DNA of 32,790 bases from an uncultured Clostridiaceae bacterium (lineage in GTDB: Bacteria; Bacillota; Clostridia; Peptostreptococcales; T1SED10-28): the NCBI GenBank assembly GCA_964613365.1, contig CAZTIJ010000001.1:1-32790 (forward strand). The letters run 5' to 3'. The notes beneath the pieces were generated by a model. It was not told where the DNA came from, ran no database searches, and was given only the letters and a program-made list of their open reading frames with translations. Shown here one piece after another: positions 18,224 to 26,880 of the stretch (position 1 is its first letter; the number at the start of each line of letters is the position of its first letter). A program made the position numbers and the translations under genes.

Positions 18224-19753
18224 TTACATAATGTATTCCACCGGTGCTGCCGGTCCGATGGGAAGTCCGATCAATAACCATACCGTAAGGGCAATCATCC
18301 ATACCACCAAGAAAGCAATGGAGTAGGGTAGCATGGTGGAAATCAGCGTACCCAGTCCCACGTCCTTGTCGTACTTTTTCGCAAAGGCAACGATAATTGC
18401 AAAGTAGGACATCAGTGGAGAGATAATATTGGTTACCGAGTCTCCGATTCGGTAGGCCAGCTGGGTGATCTCGGGAGAGTATCCCATTTGCATTAGCATC
18501 GGTACGAATACCGGCGCCATAATCGCCCATTTCGCAGAGGCACTACCGATAAAGATGTTGATGAATCCGGATACCAGTACAAATCCGAGGATCAGTGGAA
18601 TTCCTTCGAGACCGATGGCCTGTAGGAAGTCCGCACCTTTGATGGCCATAACCAATCCGATTTGAGACCAGTCAAAGTACTCAATAAACTGAGCCGCCGC
18701 AAAGGCTAGTACGATGTATCCACCCATGGAGCTCATGGCTTCACCCATGAACTGGGCTACGTCCTTATCGGACTTGATGGTTCCCGCCGCTTTTCCGTAG
18801 AAAAGTCCGGGGATAAAGAACATTAACGCAATTAAGAAGACCATGGAACTTACAAAGGGCGATGGAGGGAATCCGTCAATAATGTATCCTCCGTCGGCAC
18901 GTAAAATTCCCTCTTGAGGAATCAGCATCGCTGCAATTGCGGCAACAAATAGGAATAAACCGATTCCCGCTGCAATCAGACCTTTTCCTTCTTTCTCACT
19001 GATTTCCGTTAAATCTTCTTTATAGTCTCCCGTGTACTCTCCAAGTCTCGGCTCAACAATCCGCTCGGTTACCACGGTACCCACAATGGTAATCAGGAAG
19101 GTTGAGAAGATCATAAAGTAGTAGTTGGCCGTGGGAAGTACCTGATAGGTATCATCCAGCATATGGGCCGCGGATTCGGTGAATCCGATCAATAGGGGAT
19201 CCAGCATCGTCACCAACAGGTTCGAACTAAATCCTCCCGATACTCCGGCAAAGGCCGCAGCAAGTCCCGCTAAGGGGTGCCGTCCTTTGGCCACGAAGAT
19301 GATCGCTCCCAGGGGCACCAATACGATGTACCCTGCGTCGGAAGCCATGGAAGACATAACTCCGGCAAATACCACCACAGCGGTGATTAATTTATCCGGT
19401 GCTCCCAGTACCAATTTTCGCAGCATGGTTCCGATAAGTCCCGACTTTTCAGCTACACCAACTCCAAGCATTGCCACGAGTACCGTACCTAGGGGTGCAA
19501 AGCCCGTAAAGTTGTCGACGGCTTCCGTGAATACCCTACGAAGCCCTTCTTTGTTTAACAGGTTGACAATCTCGATCTCGTCGCCGGTTCCCGGGTGAAC
19601 TGCGGTAATGTCCAGCAAACTAAGTAAGTATGATAGAACTAGTACAATTCCTGCGAACATGAAGAACAACGTAACCGGATGGGGTAACTTGTTACCGACA
19701 CGTTCCACCACATTCAAAAACCGATCCGACAGTTTCTGTCTTTCTTTTGCCAT
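18224..19753 (-). CDS. AbgT family transporter
   Basis: VERVGNKLPHP..LF, NFTGFAPLG, GRHPLAG..AFAGVSGGFS.N, SASAKWA, AYRIGDS.TN. RBS AAGGAGGT before ATG 19753. Confidence 0.93.
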   Translation of the reverse strand: MAKERQKLSDRFLNVVERVGNKLPHPVTLFFMFAGIVLVLSYLLSLLDITAVHPGTGDEIEIVNLLNKEGLRRVFTEAVDNFTGFAPLGTVLVAMLGVGVAEKSGLIGTMLRKLVLGAPDKLITAVVVFAGVMSSMASDAGYIVLVPLGAIIFVAKGRHPLAGLAAAFAGVSGGFSSNLLVTMLDPLLIGFTESAAHMLDDTYQVLPTANYYFMIFSTFLITIVGTVVTERIVEPRLGEYTGDYKEDLTEISEKEGKGLIAAGIGLFLFVAAIAAMLIPQEGILRADGGYIIDGFPPSPFVSSMVFLIALMFFIPGLFYGKAAGTIKSDKDVAQFMGEAMSSMGGYIVLAFAAAQFIEYFDWSQIGLVMAIKGADFLQAIGLEGIPLILGFVLVSGFINIFIGSASAKWAIMAPVFVPMLMQMGYSPEITQLAYRIGDSVTNIISPLMSYFAIIVAFAKKYDKDVGLGTLISTMLPYSIAFLVVWMIALTVWLLIGLPIGPAAPVEYIM

Positions 19754-19812
19754 GAAAGTGAACCTCCTTAAAATTTTATTCATGCATTGTATATAAATCA
19801 TATACGTTCTCT

Positions 19813-19841
19813 ATTATATGGGGTAAATTACAATTAATCAA
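19813..19841 (-). promoter_or_regulatory. SigA promoter of abgT
   Basis: TTGATT-N17-TATAAT with an AT-rich upstream region. Confidence 0.7.
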
Positions 19842-19985
19842 GTATATTTAAATTTTTTTAATAAAGTTTGAAAATTTTTACTTTGCATTCTATTGTTAGT
19901 TTTTCAATAATTTTAGACTTTTCTACACCCCGGGACCCAAAAAAATTCGTCCGCTGTCACCCGCTGTCATGGATACCTCTATAAC

Positions 19986-20016
19986 AAAACCCCCGGCGGC
20001 TGCACCGGAGGCTTTG
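19986..20016 (-). terminator. Intrinsic terminator of yabE
   Basis: Minus strand AAAGCCTCCGG...CCGGGGGTTTT. Confidence 0.6.
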
Positions 20017-20068
20017 GGTTGGTTTTTTTAAGGATATATTTTTTGGTTATTCTCGGTTGGCTCCGGTC

Positions 20069-21100
20069 TTAGTCCAAGACGTAGACCCGTACGTTTCGCC
20101 GGCCGTAGCGCTGGGCGGCGCTTAGGTTTTCAAAGTATAAATCAATTCGGTTGCCCTTAATGGCCCCGCCGGTGTCCTCCGCCGTGGAGTAACCGTAGCT
20201 TCGGGTTCCGTCCAGGGACTCCACGTAAAGCTTGGTGCCCAGGGGAATCACGTTGGGATCCACCGCCACCACTCCGGGCCGTACCCGGGTACCGCTTCGG
20301 GTAACCCCGTAACCGGGATCTCCCGGCCGCTTACCCGTACTTTCGTATCCGGCGGTATAGGCCGTGGCCTCCATGGTTATCTTTCGGCTGTACTCCCGCC
20401 GGCTGCCGTCGGCGGTGGTGAAGTAGTTGGCCTCTCCTTTTTCAATAATTTCATTCTGAGGGGCGGTGATCAGTTCATGACTTTTCAGCTTCTCACTGAC
20501 CTTTTCCCCGTTTTCGTAGGTGTCCCTGTAGGTTTCAATCATTTCACCGGTGTGACCTTCCTGGACCTTTCGTTCCTCATGGGGGGCCAAATCCTCCACG
20601 TAGACCACTTCCGTGGAATAGGAAAGCTCTACGGTCGCCTCCCGGCTTTGCTGTCTTACCCGGGTGATTTCGATTTTGTCCTCCTCGGTCAGGGTTTCCT
20701 CGGGGTCAAAATTCACCTGGTCCCGGGAGTTCAACTCAATGTCCAACTCCGCTAAAATGTCCTCCAGGGTATTTTCCGTGGTGTATCGAATGGCCTCCTG
20801 ACCCCCGTCGACCACCCGGATTTCCCGTGCCCGGTGAACGGTGATGATTTCACCGCTTTTGAGGTTGTCCTCGGAGGGGGCCTCCACCCGGTCGTATTCT
20901 CCTATTTCAATTTCCTGTTCTTCCAATATTTTCTCCGGTTCGCTTGAGATTGTTGAAACCTCAATTACCTGGTTGTCCACATCAATGATGACCGTTTTAT
21001 AGCTTGCGCCTAGGAAAAAAACGGCTAAGAAAATAATGGCTACCAACCCCAGCAAAGCTTTGTTTTTCGTAAGCTTTCCCTTGAAGTTTGTATTCTCCAT
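20069..21100 (-). CDS. yabE: YabE-like cell-wall protein (signal anchor, DUF348 repeats, G5 and 3D/MltA-like domains)
   Basis: ATAY, VAVDPNVIPLGT, AEDTGGAIKGNRIDLY (3D aspartates). Syntenic between tatD and rnmV. Confidence 0.88.
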   Translation of the reverse strand: MENTNFKGKLTKNKALLGLVAIIFLAVFFLGASYKTVIIDVDNQVIEVSTISSEPEKILEEQEIEIGEYDRVEAPSEDNLKSGEIITVHRAREIRVVDGGQEAIRYTTENTLEDILAELDIELNSRDQVNFDPEETLTEEDKIEITRVRQQSREATVELSYSTEVVYVEDLAPHEERKVQEGHTGEMIETYRDTYENGEKVSEKLKSHELITAPQNEIIEKGEANYFTTADGSRREYSRKITMEATAYTAGYESTGKRPGDPGYGVTRSGTRVRPGVVAVDPNVIPLGTKLYVESLDGTRSYGYSTAEDTGGAIKGNRIDLYFENLSAAQRYGRRNVRVYVLD

Positions 21101-21157
21101 TGTGATCCTCCTTTATTTTTTCATCCTTTTTACACTTATTGTTAACCAACTCCGCCC

Positions 21158-21186
21158 ATTCTATGATAAGTGAAAACCTTTGTCAA
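21158..21186 (-). promoter_or_regulatory. SigA promoter of yabE
   Basis: TTGACA-N17-TAGAAT. Confidence 0.8.
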
Positions 21187-21217
21187 CCGTCGGAGAAAAG
21201 TTTGAAAATTTAGGCGC

Positions 21218-21244
21218 AAAAAACCAAGGCTTTGCAACCTTGGT
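21218..21244 (-). terminator. Terminator downstream of the HD-GYP gene at 21350-22498
   Basis: ACCAAGG-N8-CCTTGG followed by T6 on the minus strand. Confidence 0.65.
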
Positions 21245-21349
21245 AGGGGAAAACTTTTTTTGCTTTTTCGTACTTTTTTACCGTTTTAATTCAGGATTTC
21301 ATGACTTTCGAACCATGATCCCGGCTTTTTTCCTCTTTTTTGGTAAAAT

Positions 21350-22498
21350 TTAGTAAAAAATTTCGATTTGAACCCTTTCATTGGAGGGGTCTCTCAAATC
21401 CAGCACCCGGCCGTCTTTGTCAAGTTTTATCATGGGCCGCCAGGCGTACTGCTTCGGGACAAAGACAATTTCCCCCACGTCGCCGGTATTGAGGCCTACC
21501 TTCTGTCCGATAAAGCAGCTGCCCAGTTTATTTAAAAAGACCAGCAAAAGCTCCACATCCAGTTTGTCGATCAGTTCCGTCTCCAAAAGCTTTAAGGCCT
21601 CCAGGGGATTTTTCTTGGCATTGAAGGGCCGTTTAGAGGTAAGGTCGTTATAGGTATCGGCAATGGCGATGATCCGGGAATACAGCGGAATTTTCTCCCG
21701 TTTCAGACCAAAGGGAAAGCCGCTGCCGTCCACGTTTTCATGGTGCAGTAAAATCGCCCGTTTGATCTGTTCATCCACGTAACTGTCCTCTTTGACGATG
21801 GCATGGGAGTAAATGGCATGCTTTTTCAGCTCCAATGCCTCTTCCTCGGTGATTTGTTCCCCTTCCAGAAACTCCGGGTCCACCTTCAGCTTTCCGATAT
21901 CGTGGAGGGCGGCGGTCAGGGTCAGCTCATTCAACCGTTTTTCCGAAAGCTCCAGCCACTTTCCGAGATAATAACTGATCAGCACCACATTATGGCAGTG
22001 ATTGTAGACCATGTCGTCCAGGTCCTTGGAGGATTCCATTAATTGAAAGGGGTTGCTCCTTCGTTTTTGGGCATTTTTAATGACCCGATCAATGCTTTTT
22101 TCCAAATTCAGGGAGGCGATCTCCGCCCCCTTCAAAATCCGTTCAAAATCCCGCTGCAGGGCTTTTTTCTGTCGGCTGACATGGGTTTTGTACTGGCTTA
22201 AATCCTCGGCATACCGGGGTTCATAGGTTACCCGCCGGGGTGACTTTACCGATTTCTTCGACGACGGTTCCGACTTTTCCTCGGTGGAGACCTCTTTGAT
22301 AACCGGGACTTTCACCGCCAGGGTTTTGACCTTATGCTGCTCGAGAAAACTCTGTACCCGTTTTGCGTCCTCTATTACGAATCCCGAGGGCATCAGGATG
22401 TTTCCCTTGGTGTTGGTCACGCTCTCGGCCAGGGTCATGCCCAGGGCCACCTGGTCGGCGTCGATTCTTTTCACTTTGTATTCCGTTACTTCCTTCAT
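21350..22498 (-). CDS. HD-GYP family cyclic-dinucleotide phosphodiesterase (HD intact, GYP changed to GFP)
   Basis: YNHCHNV, LHDIGK, HHENVDGSGFP, RIIAIAD. N-terminal GM.LAE.V module and C-terminal V.LNTG..G.IV beta domain. Confidence 0.88.
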   Translation of the reverse strand: MKEVTEYKVKRIDADQVALGMTLAESVTNTKGNILMPSGFVIEDAKRVQSFLEQHKVKTLAVKVPVIKEVSTEEKSEPSSKKSVKSPRRVTYEPRYAEDLSQYKTHVSRQKKALQRDFERILKGAEIASLNLEKSIDRVIKNAQKRRSNPFQLMESSKDLDDMVYNHCHNVVLISYYLGKWLELSEKRLNELTLTAALHDIGKLKVDPEFLEGEQITEEEALELKKHAIYSHAIVKEDSYVDEQIKRAILLHHENVDGSGFPFGLKREKIPLYSRIIAIADTYNDLTSKRPFNAKKNPLEALKLLETELIDKLDVELLLVFLNKLGSCFIGQKVGLNTGDVGEIVFVPKQYAWRPMIKLDKDGRVLDLRDPSNERVQIEIFY

Positions 22499-22536
22499 AT
22501 GTACCCTCCAATCCCCGATTATAAGACTTTGTAACC

Positions 22537-22575
22537 ATTATACCCCCAAAGGAAAAGCCCTTGCAATAGGGCTTT
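22537..22575 (-). promoter_or_regulatory. SigA promoter whose -35 lies in the upstream terminator hairpin
   Basis: TTGCAA (22566-22561)-N18-TATAAT (22542-22537). Stem AAAGCCCT/AGGGCTTT around the -35. Confidence 0.6.
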
Positions 22576-22609
22576 CTAACCAGTAGTGCTATGCTGGAAA
22601 GGGTTTTGA

Positions 22610-23755
22610 CTAGGCAAAGTCCTTAATCCGGTAGACTTCCTCCCGACTTAAATCAATCAGCTTTCCCTTAAGGTCCACAATGGGCCGGGTAATGTCCTGG
22701 GAGGGCATGAAAACGATTTTTCCTTCCTCTCCGGTGTTCAGGGTTACCCGCTGACCGATGAAATTATCCCCCATTTTTCGCAGGAAGGTGTACCAGATGG
22801 CACCGTCCAGCTTGTCAATATAGTCCTGGCGAATAATGTCAATGGCCTGAAAAGGGGTTTTCGCTTCCCGGTAAGGGCGTCGTACCGTAAGGGCGGAATA
22901 AAGATCGGCGATGGCCAAAATCCGTGCCTGAAGGGGGATCTCTTCCCCTTTAAGCCCCATGGGGTATCCGCTGCCGTCCATCCGTTCATGATGATAGAGC
23001 ACGGCTTCCTTTACCTTTTTTCCGATACAGTCGTAGTGTTTGATCATATCATAACTATGTAGCACATGGCGGCGCACCGCCACTTTTTCCTCGTCGTTTA
23101 AGGGTTCGGTTTTATACAAAACCTCTTCGGGCACCCGGGCCTTTCCGATATCCATCAGTAGGGAGGCCAGGATCAACTCCTCCAGGTCGTTGCTGGAAAG
23201 ATCCAGCCATTTCCCCAGGGAATAGGCGGTCAGGGCCACGTTCTGTCCGTGGGCGTAGGTCAGGTCCTTGACCTCCTTTAAGCTTTGCATCAGTTGAAAG
23301 ATGTTGTTTTCTTTTTGAAAGATTGCCAGGGTATCCTGGATTCTCGGATACAGGTCTTTGGAATTTACCGGTTCCCCCGACACGATTTTTTCGAAATCCT
23401 TTCTAAGCTGTTCACATTTTTCATGGAATTGTGCGTGAAAGGCTCGATGGGTCTCCAGGTTTTTTTCTGCTTCTCTTTGGGCTTCGTTTTTTTCCGTCAT
23501 AAAGGGCTTTACATCCCCAAGGTCTTCAGGGGATTCCTGCCCTTTGTCCTCAGAAACGGTTTTTGGCACCTCCACTTTTACCATGGTGATGCCGTTCATT
23601 TTCAAAATGCTTTTGATCCGGTGGGATTCTTTAATCACGGTCCCCTGAACCAGTAAGCGAATCCCCTCTTCATTAACAATGTCCTCGGCAAGGACCATGC
23701 CCTTTTTCAGCTTCGCGGAAAAAATTTTTTCCCATTTCCTGTTCCTTGTTTCCAT
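22610..23755 (-). CDS. HD-GYP family protein with degenerate HD dyad (MD)
   Basis: YAHGQNV, LLMDIGK in place of LHDIGK, HHERMDGSGYP, RILAIAD. Same architecture as its neighbour. Confidence 0.88.
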   Translation of the reverse strand: METRNRKWEKIFSAKLKKGMVLAEDIVNEEGIRLLVQGTVIKESHRIKSILKMNGITMVKVEVPKTVSEDKGQESPEDLGDVKPFMTEKNEAQREAEKNLETHRAFHAQFHEKCEQLRKDFEKIVSGEPVNSKDLYPRIQDTLAIFQKENNIFQLMQSLKEVKDLTYAHGQNVALTAYSLGKWLDLSSNDLEELILASLLMDIGKARVPEEVLYKTEPLNDEEKVAVRRHVLHSYDMIKHYDCIGKKVKEAVLYHHERMDGSGYPMGLKGEEIPLQARILAIADLYSALTVRRPYREAKTPFQAIDIIRQDYIDKLDGAIWYTFLRKMGDNFIGQRVTLNTGEEGKIVFMPSQDITRPIVDLKGKLIDLSREEVYRIKDFA

Positions 23756-23794
23756 CTCTACACCCCTTTTAAAAAGCTTTTTCCTACCCCTCCA

Positions 23795-24556
23795 TCAAAT
23801 CTTGAAAAATCTTTTGGCATTGGCCTCGGTAACCCGGATGACCTCCTCTACGGAAAGGCCCTTGGCCTCGGCAATTTTCGCCGCCACAAACCGTACCAAC
23901 AGCGGTTCGTTCCGCCGTCCCCGCCTGGGTTCCGGGGCCAGATAGGGGGCGTCGGTTTCAATCAGCAGCTGCTCTAAGGGCACCACCTTGGCCACCTCAT
24001 AGGGCTTTTTCGCATTTTTGAAAGTGACCGGCCCCGCCAGGGAAATATGATACCCCCGTTTTACGTACTCCTCTGCCAGCTCGGGACTTCCGGAATAGCA
24101 GTGCATAATGCAGCCGTATTCCTGGGCCTCATGGCTGGTCAGGGTATCAAACACCTCGCCGTTGGCTTCCCTGTCATGGATAATCATCGGCAACTTTAGG
24201 GATTTACTTAAATGAATTTGAGAAGTAAAGGCCCGGCGCTGGGAGGACTTGTCCGAGTAATTATAATGAAAGTCCAGGCCGATCTCCCCGATGGCCACCA
24301 CTTTTTCCTCCCGGGCCAGGCTTCGAAGGGCCTCCTCCCTTTCTTCGTCGTAGTCCTTGGCACTATGGGGATGGATCCCTACGGCGGCATAAACCATTTC
24401 GTACTCCCGGGCTAAGTTCACGGCTTTTACGGAAGAGGGGACATCGGCCCCGGGATTGAGGATGTAGTTTACTCCGGCGGTTTTGGCCGCCTTTAACACC
24501 TCCCGGCGATCGGAATCAAATTTCTTATGGTCCATATGGGCATGGGAATCAAACAT
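23795..24556 (-). CDS. tatD: TatD family deoxyribonuclease
   Basis: DSHAH, GIHP, GEIGLDF, IIHDREA, HCYSG, ETDAPYL. Confidence 0.95.
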   Translation of the reverse strand: MFDSHAHMDHKKFDSDRREVLKAAKTAGVNYILNPGADVPSSVKAVNLAREYEMVYAAVGIHPHSAKDYDEEREEALRSLAREEKVVAIGEIGLDFHYNYSDKSSQRRAFTSQIHLSKSLKLPMIIHDREANGEVFDTLTSHEAQEYGCIMHCYSGSPELAEEYVKRGYHISLAGPVTFKNAKKPYEVAKVVPLEQLLIETDAPYLAPEPRRGRRNEPLLVRFVAAKIAEAKGLSVEEVIRVTEANAKRFFKI

Positions 24557-24580
24557 TGGTATCCTCCTTCTTCTACAAAA

Positions 24581-26563
24581 TTAGCTGACCTCGGTTCCCG
24601 AAGGGATTTCTCCGTCCAGGGTGCCCAGTACCAGCTTATCCTTGTTGGAAGCCGCCAGGATCATTCCCTCGGACGTTTCCCCCCGAAGCTTCACGGGCTT
24701 TAAATTGGCCACAAGGATCACGTCTTTACCGATTAAATCCTGGGGTTGATAGTCCTTGGCAATCCCCGAGACCACCTGGCGGGTTTCCGTGCCCACCTGA
24801 AGCTTGAGTACCAGCAGTTTGTCCGCATTGGGATGGGCTTTGGCTTCGGTAATTGTGGCGGTTTTCAGCTCCAGTTTGGCAAAGTCTTCAATGGTGACCA
24901 TGGAGGATTCCCTTTCCGTCCCCGGGTCCTCGGGGTTCTTCTTTTCCTTTTTTTCCTCTTCCTCCTTGGCCGCCTGCTGAGCCCGGGCCACCTTCTTGTT
25001 TTCCGCCTCCAGGATCTCCACTTCCTTTTTCACATCCAACCGGGGAAACAGGGCCTCCCCTTTTTTTACCCGAACACCGGATCCGATTTTTCCAAGGTAT
25101 TTCGCATCAGCCCACTGCAGCTCCTCGGTGAGCCCCAGCTGGGTACTGATTTTTTCGGCGGTGGATTCCATAAAGGGTTTTAATAAAACCGCCGTTACCC
25201 TAAGGGCTTCCGAAAGGTTTCGAAGCACGGTGTCCAGCCGGGGCTTGTGGGTCTCGTCCTTGGCCAGGATCCAGGGGGTGGTTTCATCGATGTATTTGTT
25301 GGTTCGTCGTATCACGGTCCAGATTTCCTCTAAGGCGTCATGATACTGCAGGTCCTCCATATGGGCCTCCACCTTCGCCGCAGCGGAGGTCGCCACTTGC
25401 TGAAGCTCCTCGTCCACGGCTTCCATGGCCTTGACTTCGGGAATGATTCCTTCATTGTATTTTTCCACCATGGCCACGGTTCGGCTTAAAAGATTTCCCA
25501 GATCGTTGGAAAGGTCGGCGTTCAGCCGGGTGACAAAGGTCTGGTTGGTGTAATTGCCGTCCTGACCGAAGACAAACTCCCGAAGGAGGAAATATTTCAA
25601 TGCGTCCAGGCCGTAGCGTTCAATCAACACCTCGGGATAGACCACATTGCCTTTGGATTTTGACATTTTATCGGCGGCGAAGAGAATCCACCCGTGTCCA
25701 TAGACCTTGTCGGGCAGGGGCAGGTCCAGGGCCATGAGCATCGCCGGCCAGATAATCGTATGAAAGCGTACGATTTCCTTGCCCACAATATGGACATTGG
25801 CGGGCCAGAACTTTTTAAAGTCCTTATCCTGCTCCTCTCCGTATCCCAGGGCAGTGATATAGTTGCATACCGCATCAAACCATACGTAAATTACATGGTC
25901 CCTGTCGAAGGGCACCGGGATTCCCCAGTCAAAGCTGGTTCGGGACACACACAGATCCTCCAGACCGGGCTCGAGGAAATTGTTGATCATCTCCCGGCGC
26001 CGGGTTTCGGGGTAACAGATCTCGGGGTGATCATTAAAATGCTTTTTCAACCGGTCGCCGTATTTCGACAGCTTAAAGAAGTAGGCCTCTTCCCGGGCCA
26101 TCTCGGTTTTTCGTCCGCATTCGGGACAGCCCTGGTCCTCCTGTAATTGGGACTGGGTCCAGAAGGATTCACAGGGTTTACAGTAAAAGCCTTCGTAAAA
26201 GTCCTTATAAATGTCTCCCTGATCATAGAGCTTTTGAAAAATCCGCTGCACTCCTTTTTTATGCTTTTCATCGGTGGTACGGATAAACACGTCATGGGAG
26301 ATGTCCATGGTTTTCCAGAGGGCCTTGATGCTTTTTACCATCTCATCCACGTGTTCCTTGGGGGTTCTGCCCAGTTTTTCCGCCGCCTCCTGGATTTTTT
26401 GGCCGTGCTCGTCGGTTCCCGTCAAAAACTTTACGTCGTAGCCGGTAAAGCGTTTGAATCGGGCCAGGGCATCGGCGGCCACGGTGGTGTAGGTATGGCC
26501 GATATGCAGCTTCGCATTGGTATAGTAAATCGGGGTGGTTACATAGTAATTTCCTTTTGACAT
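24581..26563 (-). CDS. metG: Methionyl-tRNA synthetase with C-terminal tRNA-binding (Trbp111-like) domain
   Basis: TTPIYY, HIGH, GTDEHGQKI, Zn knuckle CxxC..CxxC, YVWFDA, KMSKS. RBS GAGGAG before ATG 26563. Confidence 0.98.
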   Translation of the reverse strand: MSKGNYYVTTPIYYTNAKLHIGHTYTTVAADALARFKRFTGYDVKFLTGTDEHGQKIQEAAEKLGRTPKEHVDEMVKSIKALWKTMDISHDVFIRTTDEKHKKGVQRIFQKLYDQGDIYKDFYEGFYCKPCESFWTQSQLQEDQGCPECGRKTEMAREEAYFFKLSKYGDRLKKHFNDHPEICYPETRRREMINNFLEPGLEDLCVSRTSFDWGIPVPFDRDHVIYVWFDAVCNYITALGYGEEQDKDFKKFWPANVHIVGKEIVRFHTIIWPAMLMALDLPLPDKVYGHGWILFAADKMSKSKGNVVYPEVLIERYGLDALKYFLLREFVFGQDGNYTNQTFVTRLNADLSNDLGNLLSRTVAMVEKYNEGIIPEVKAMEAVDEELQQVATSAAAKVEAHMEDLQYHDALEEIWTVIRRTNKYIDETTPWILAKDETHKPRLDTVLRNLSEALRVTAVLLKPFMESTAEKISTQLGLTEELQWADAKYLGKIGSGVRVKKGEALFPRLDVKKEVEILEAENKKVARAQQAAKEEEEKKEKKNPEDPGTERESSMVTIEDFAKLELKTATITEAKAHPNADKLLVLKLQVGTETRQVVSGIAKDYQPQDLIGKDVILVANLKPVKLRGETSEGMILAASNKDKLVLGTLDGEIPSGTEVS

Positions 26564-26649
26564 AGGGCTCACTCCTCTATAATAAATTAAGGTCCGAACG
26601 GTTCTACAACAAACCCTGCTTCATCAGGGCTCAACGCCCTTTGGGTAAT

Positions 26650-26718
26650 AAAAAACTTCACACCCTAAAAAACCCGGTCGGGGTGAAGTGCTTCAAGGCT
26701 TCTTAACAACTCATTATA
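26650..26718 (-). promoter_or_regulatory. metG leader: -10 box followed by a terminator-like hairpin
   Basis: TATAAT at 26718-26713, then ACTTCACCCC...GGGTGTGAAGTTTTTT. Confidence 0.5.
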
Positions 26719-26770
26719 CTATAGATAAACCCCAAAGTGTAGTCTCTTTCAAAATATTCTTCAGCTTTCC

Positions 26771-26800
26771 TTGGCGCCCCTTTCAATTATTTGTTATAAT
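26771..26800 (+). promoter_or_regulatory. SigA promoter of pncB
   Basis: TTGGCG-N18-TATAAT with extended TG. Confidence 0.6.
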
Positions 26801-26880
26801 TTTGTTAGTATGACCCGGGAGGTTTTGCCTCCTATTTCATAAATTCCGAAAAAACGAAGGACTATAAAGCGAAAAGAGGT

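Noticed and set aside
18036-18530. 164-aa minus-strand ORF overlapping the abgT 3' end
   Set aside because: Alternate frame of abgT running through its terminator, with no RBS or motif.
21101-21157. Expected c-di-AMP (ydaO) riboswitch or WalR box upstream of yabE
   Set aside because: The leader is only ~50 nt, with no aptamer and no proper TGTWAH-N5-TGTWAH direct repeat.
26612-26630. CUGAUGA in the metG leader, suggesting a hammerhead ribozyme
   Set aside because: No stem II-GAAA or other core elements. The motif sits within a simple CCCTG/CAGGG hairpin.
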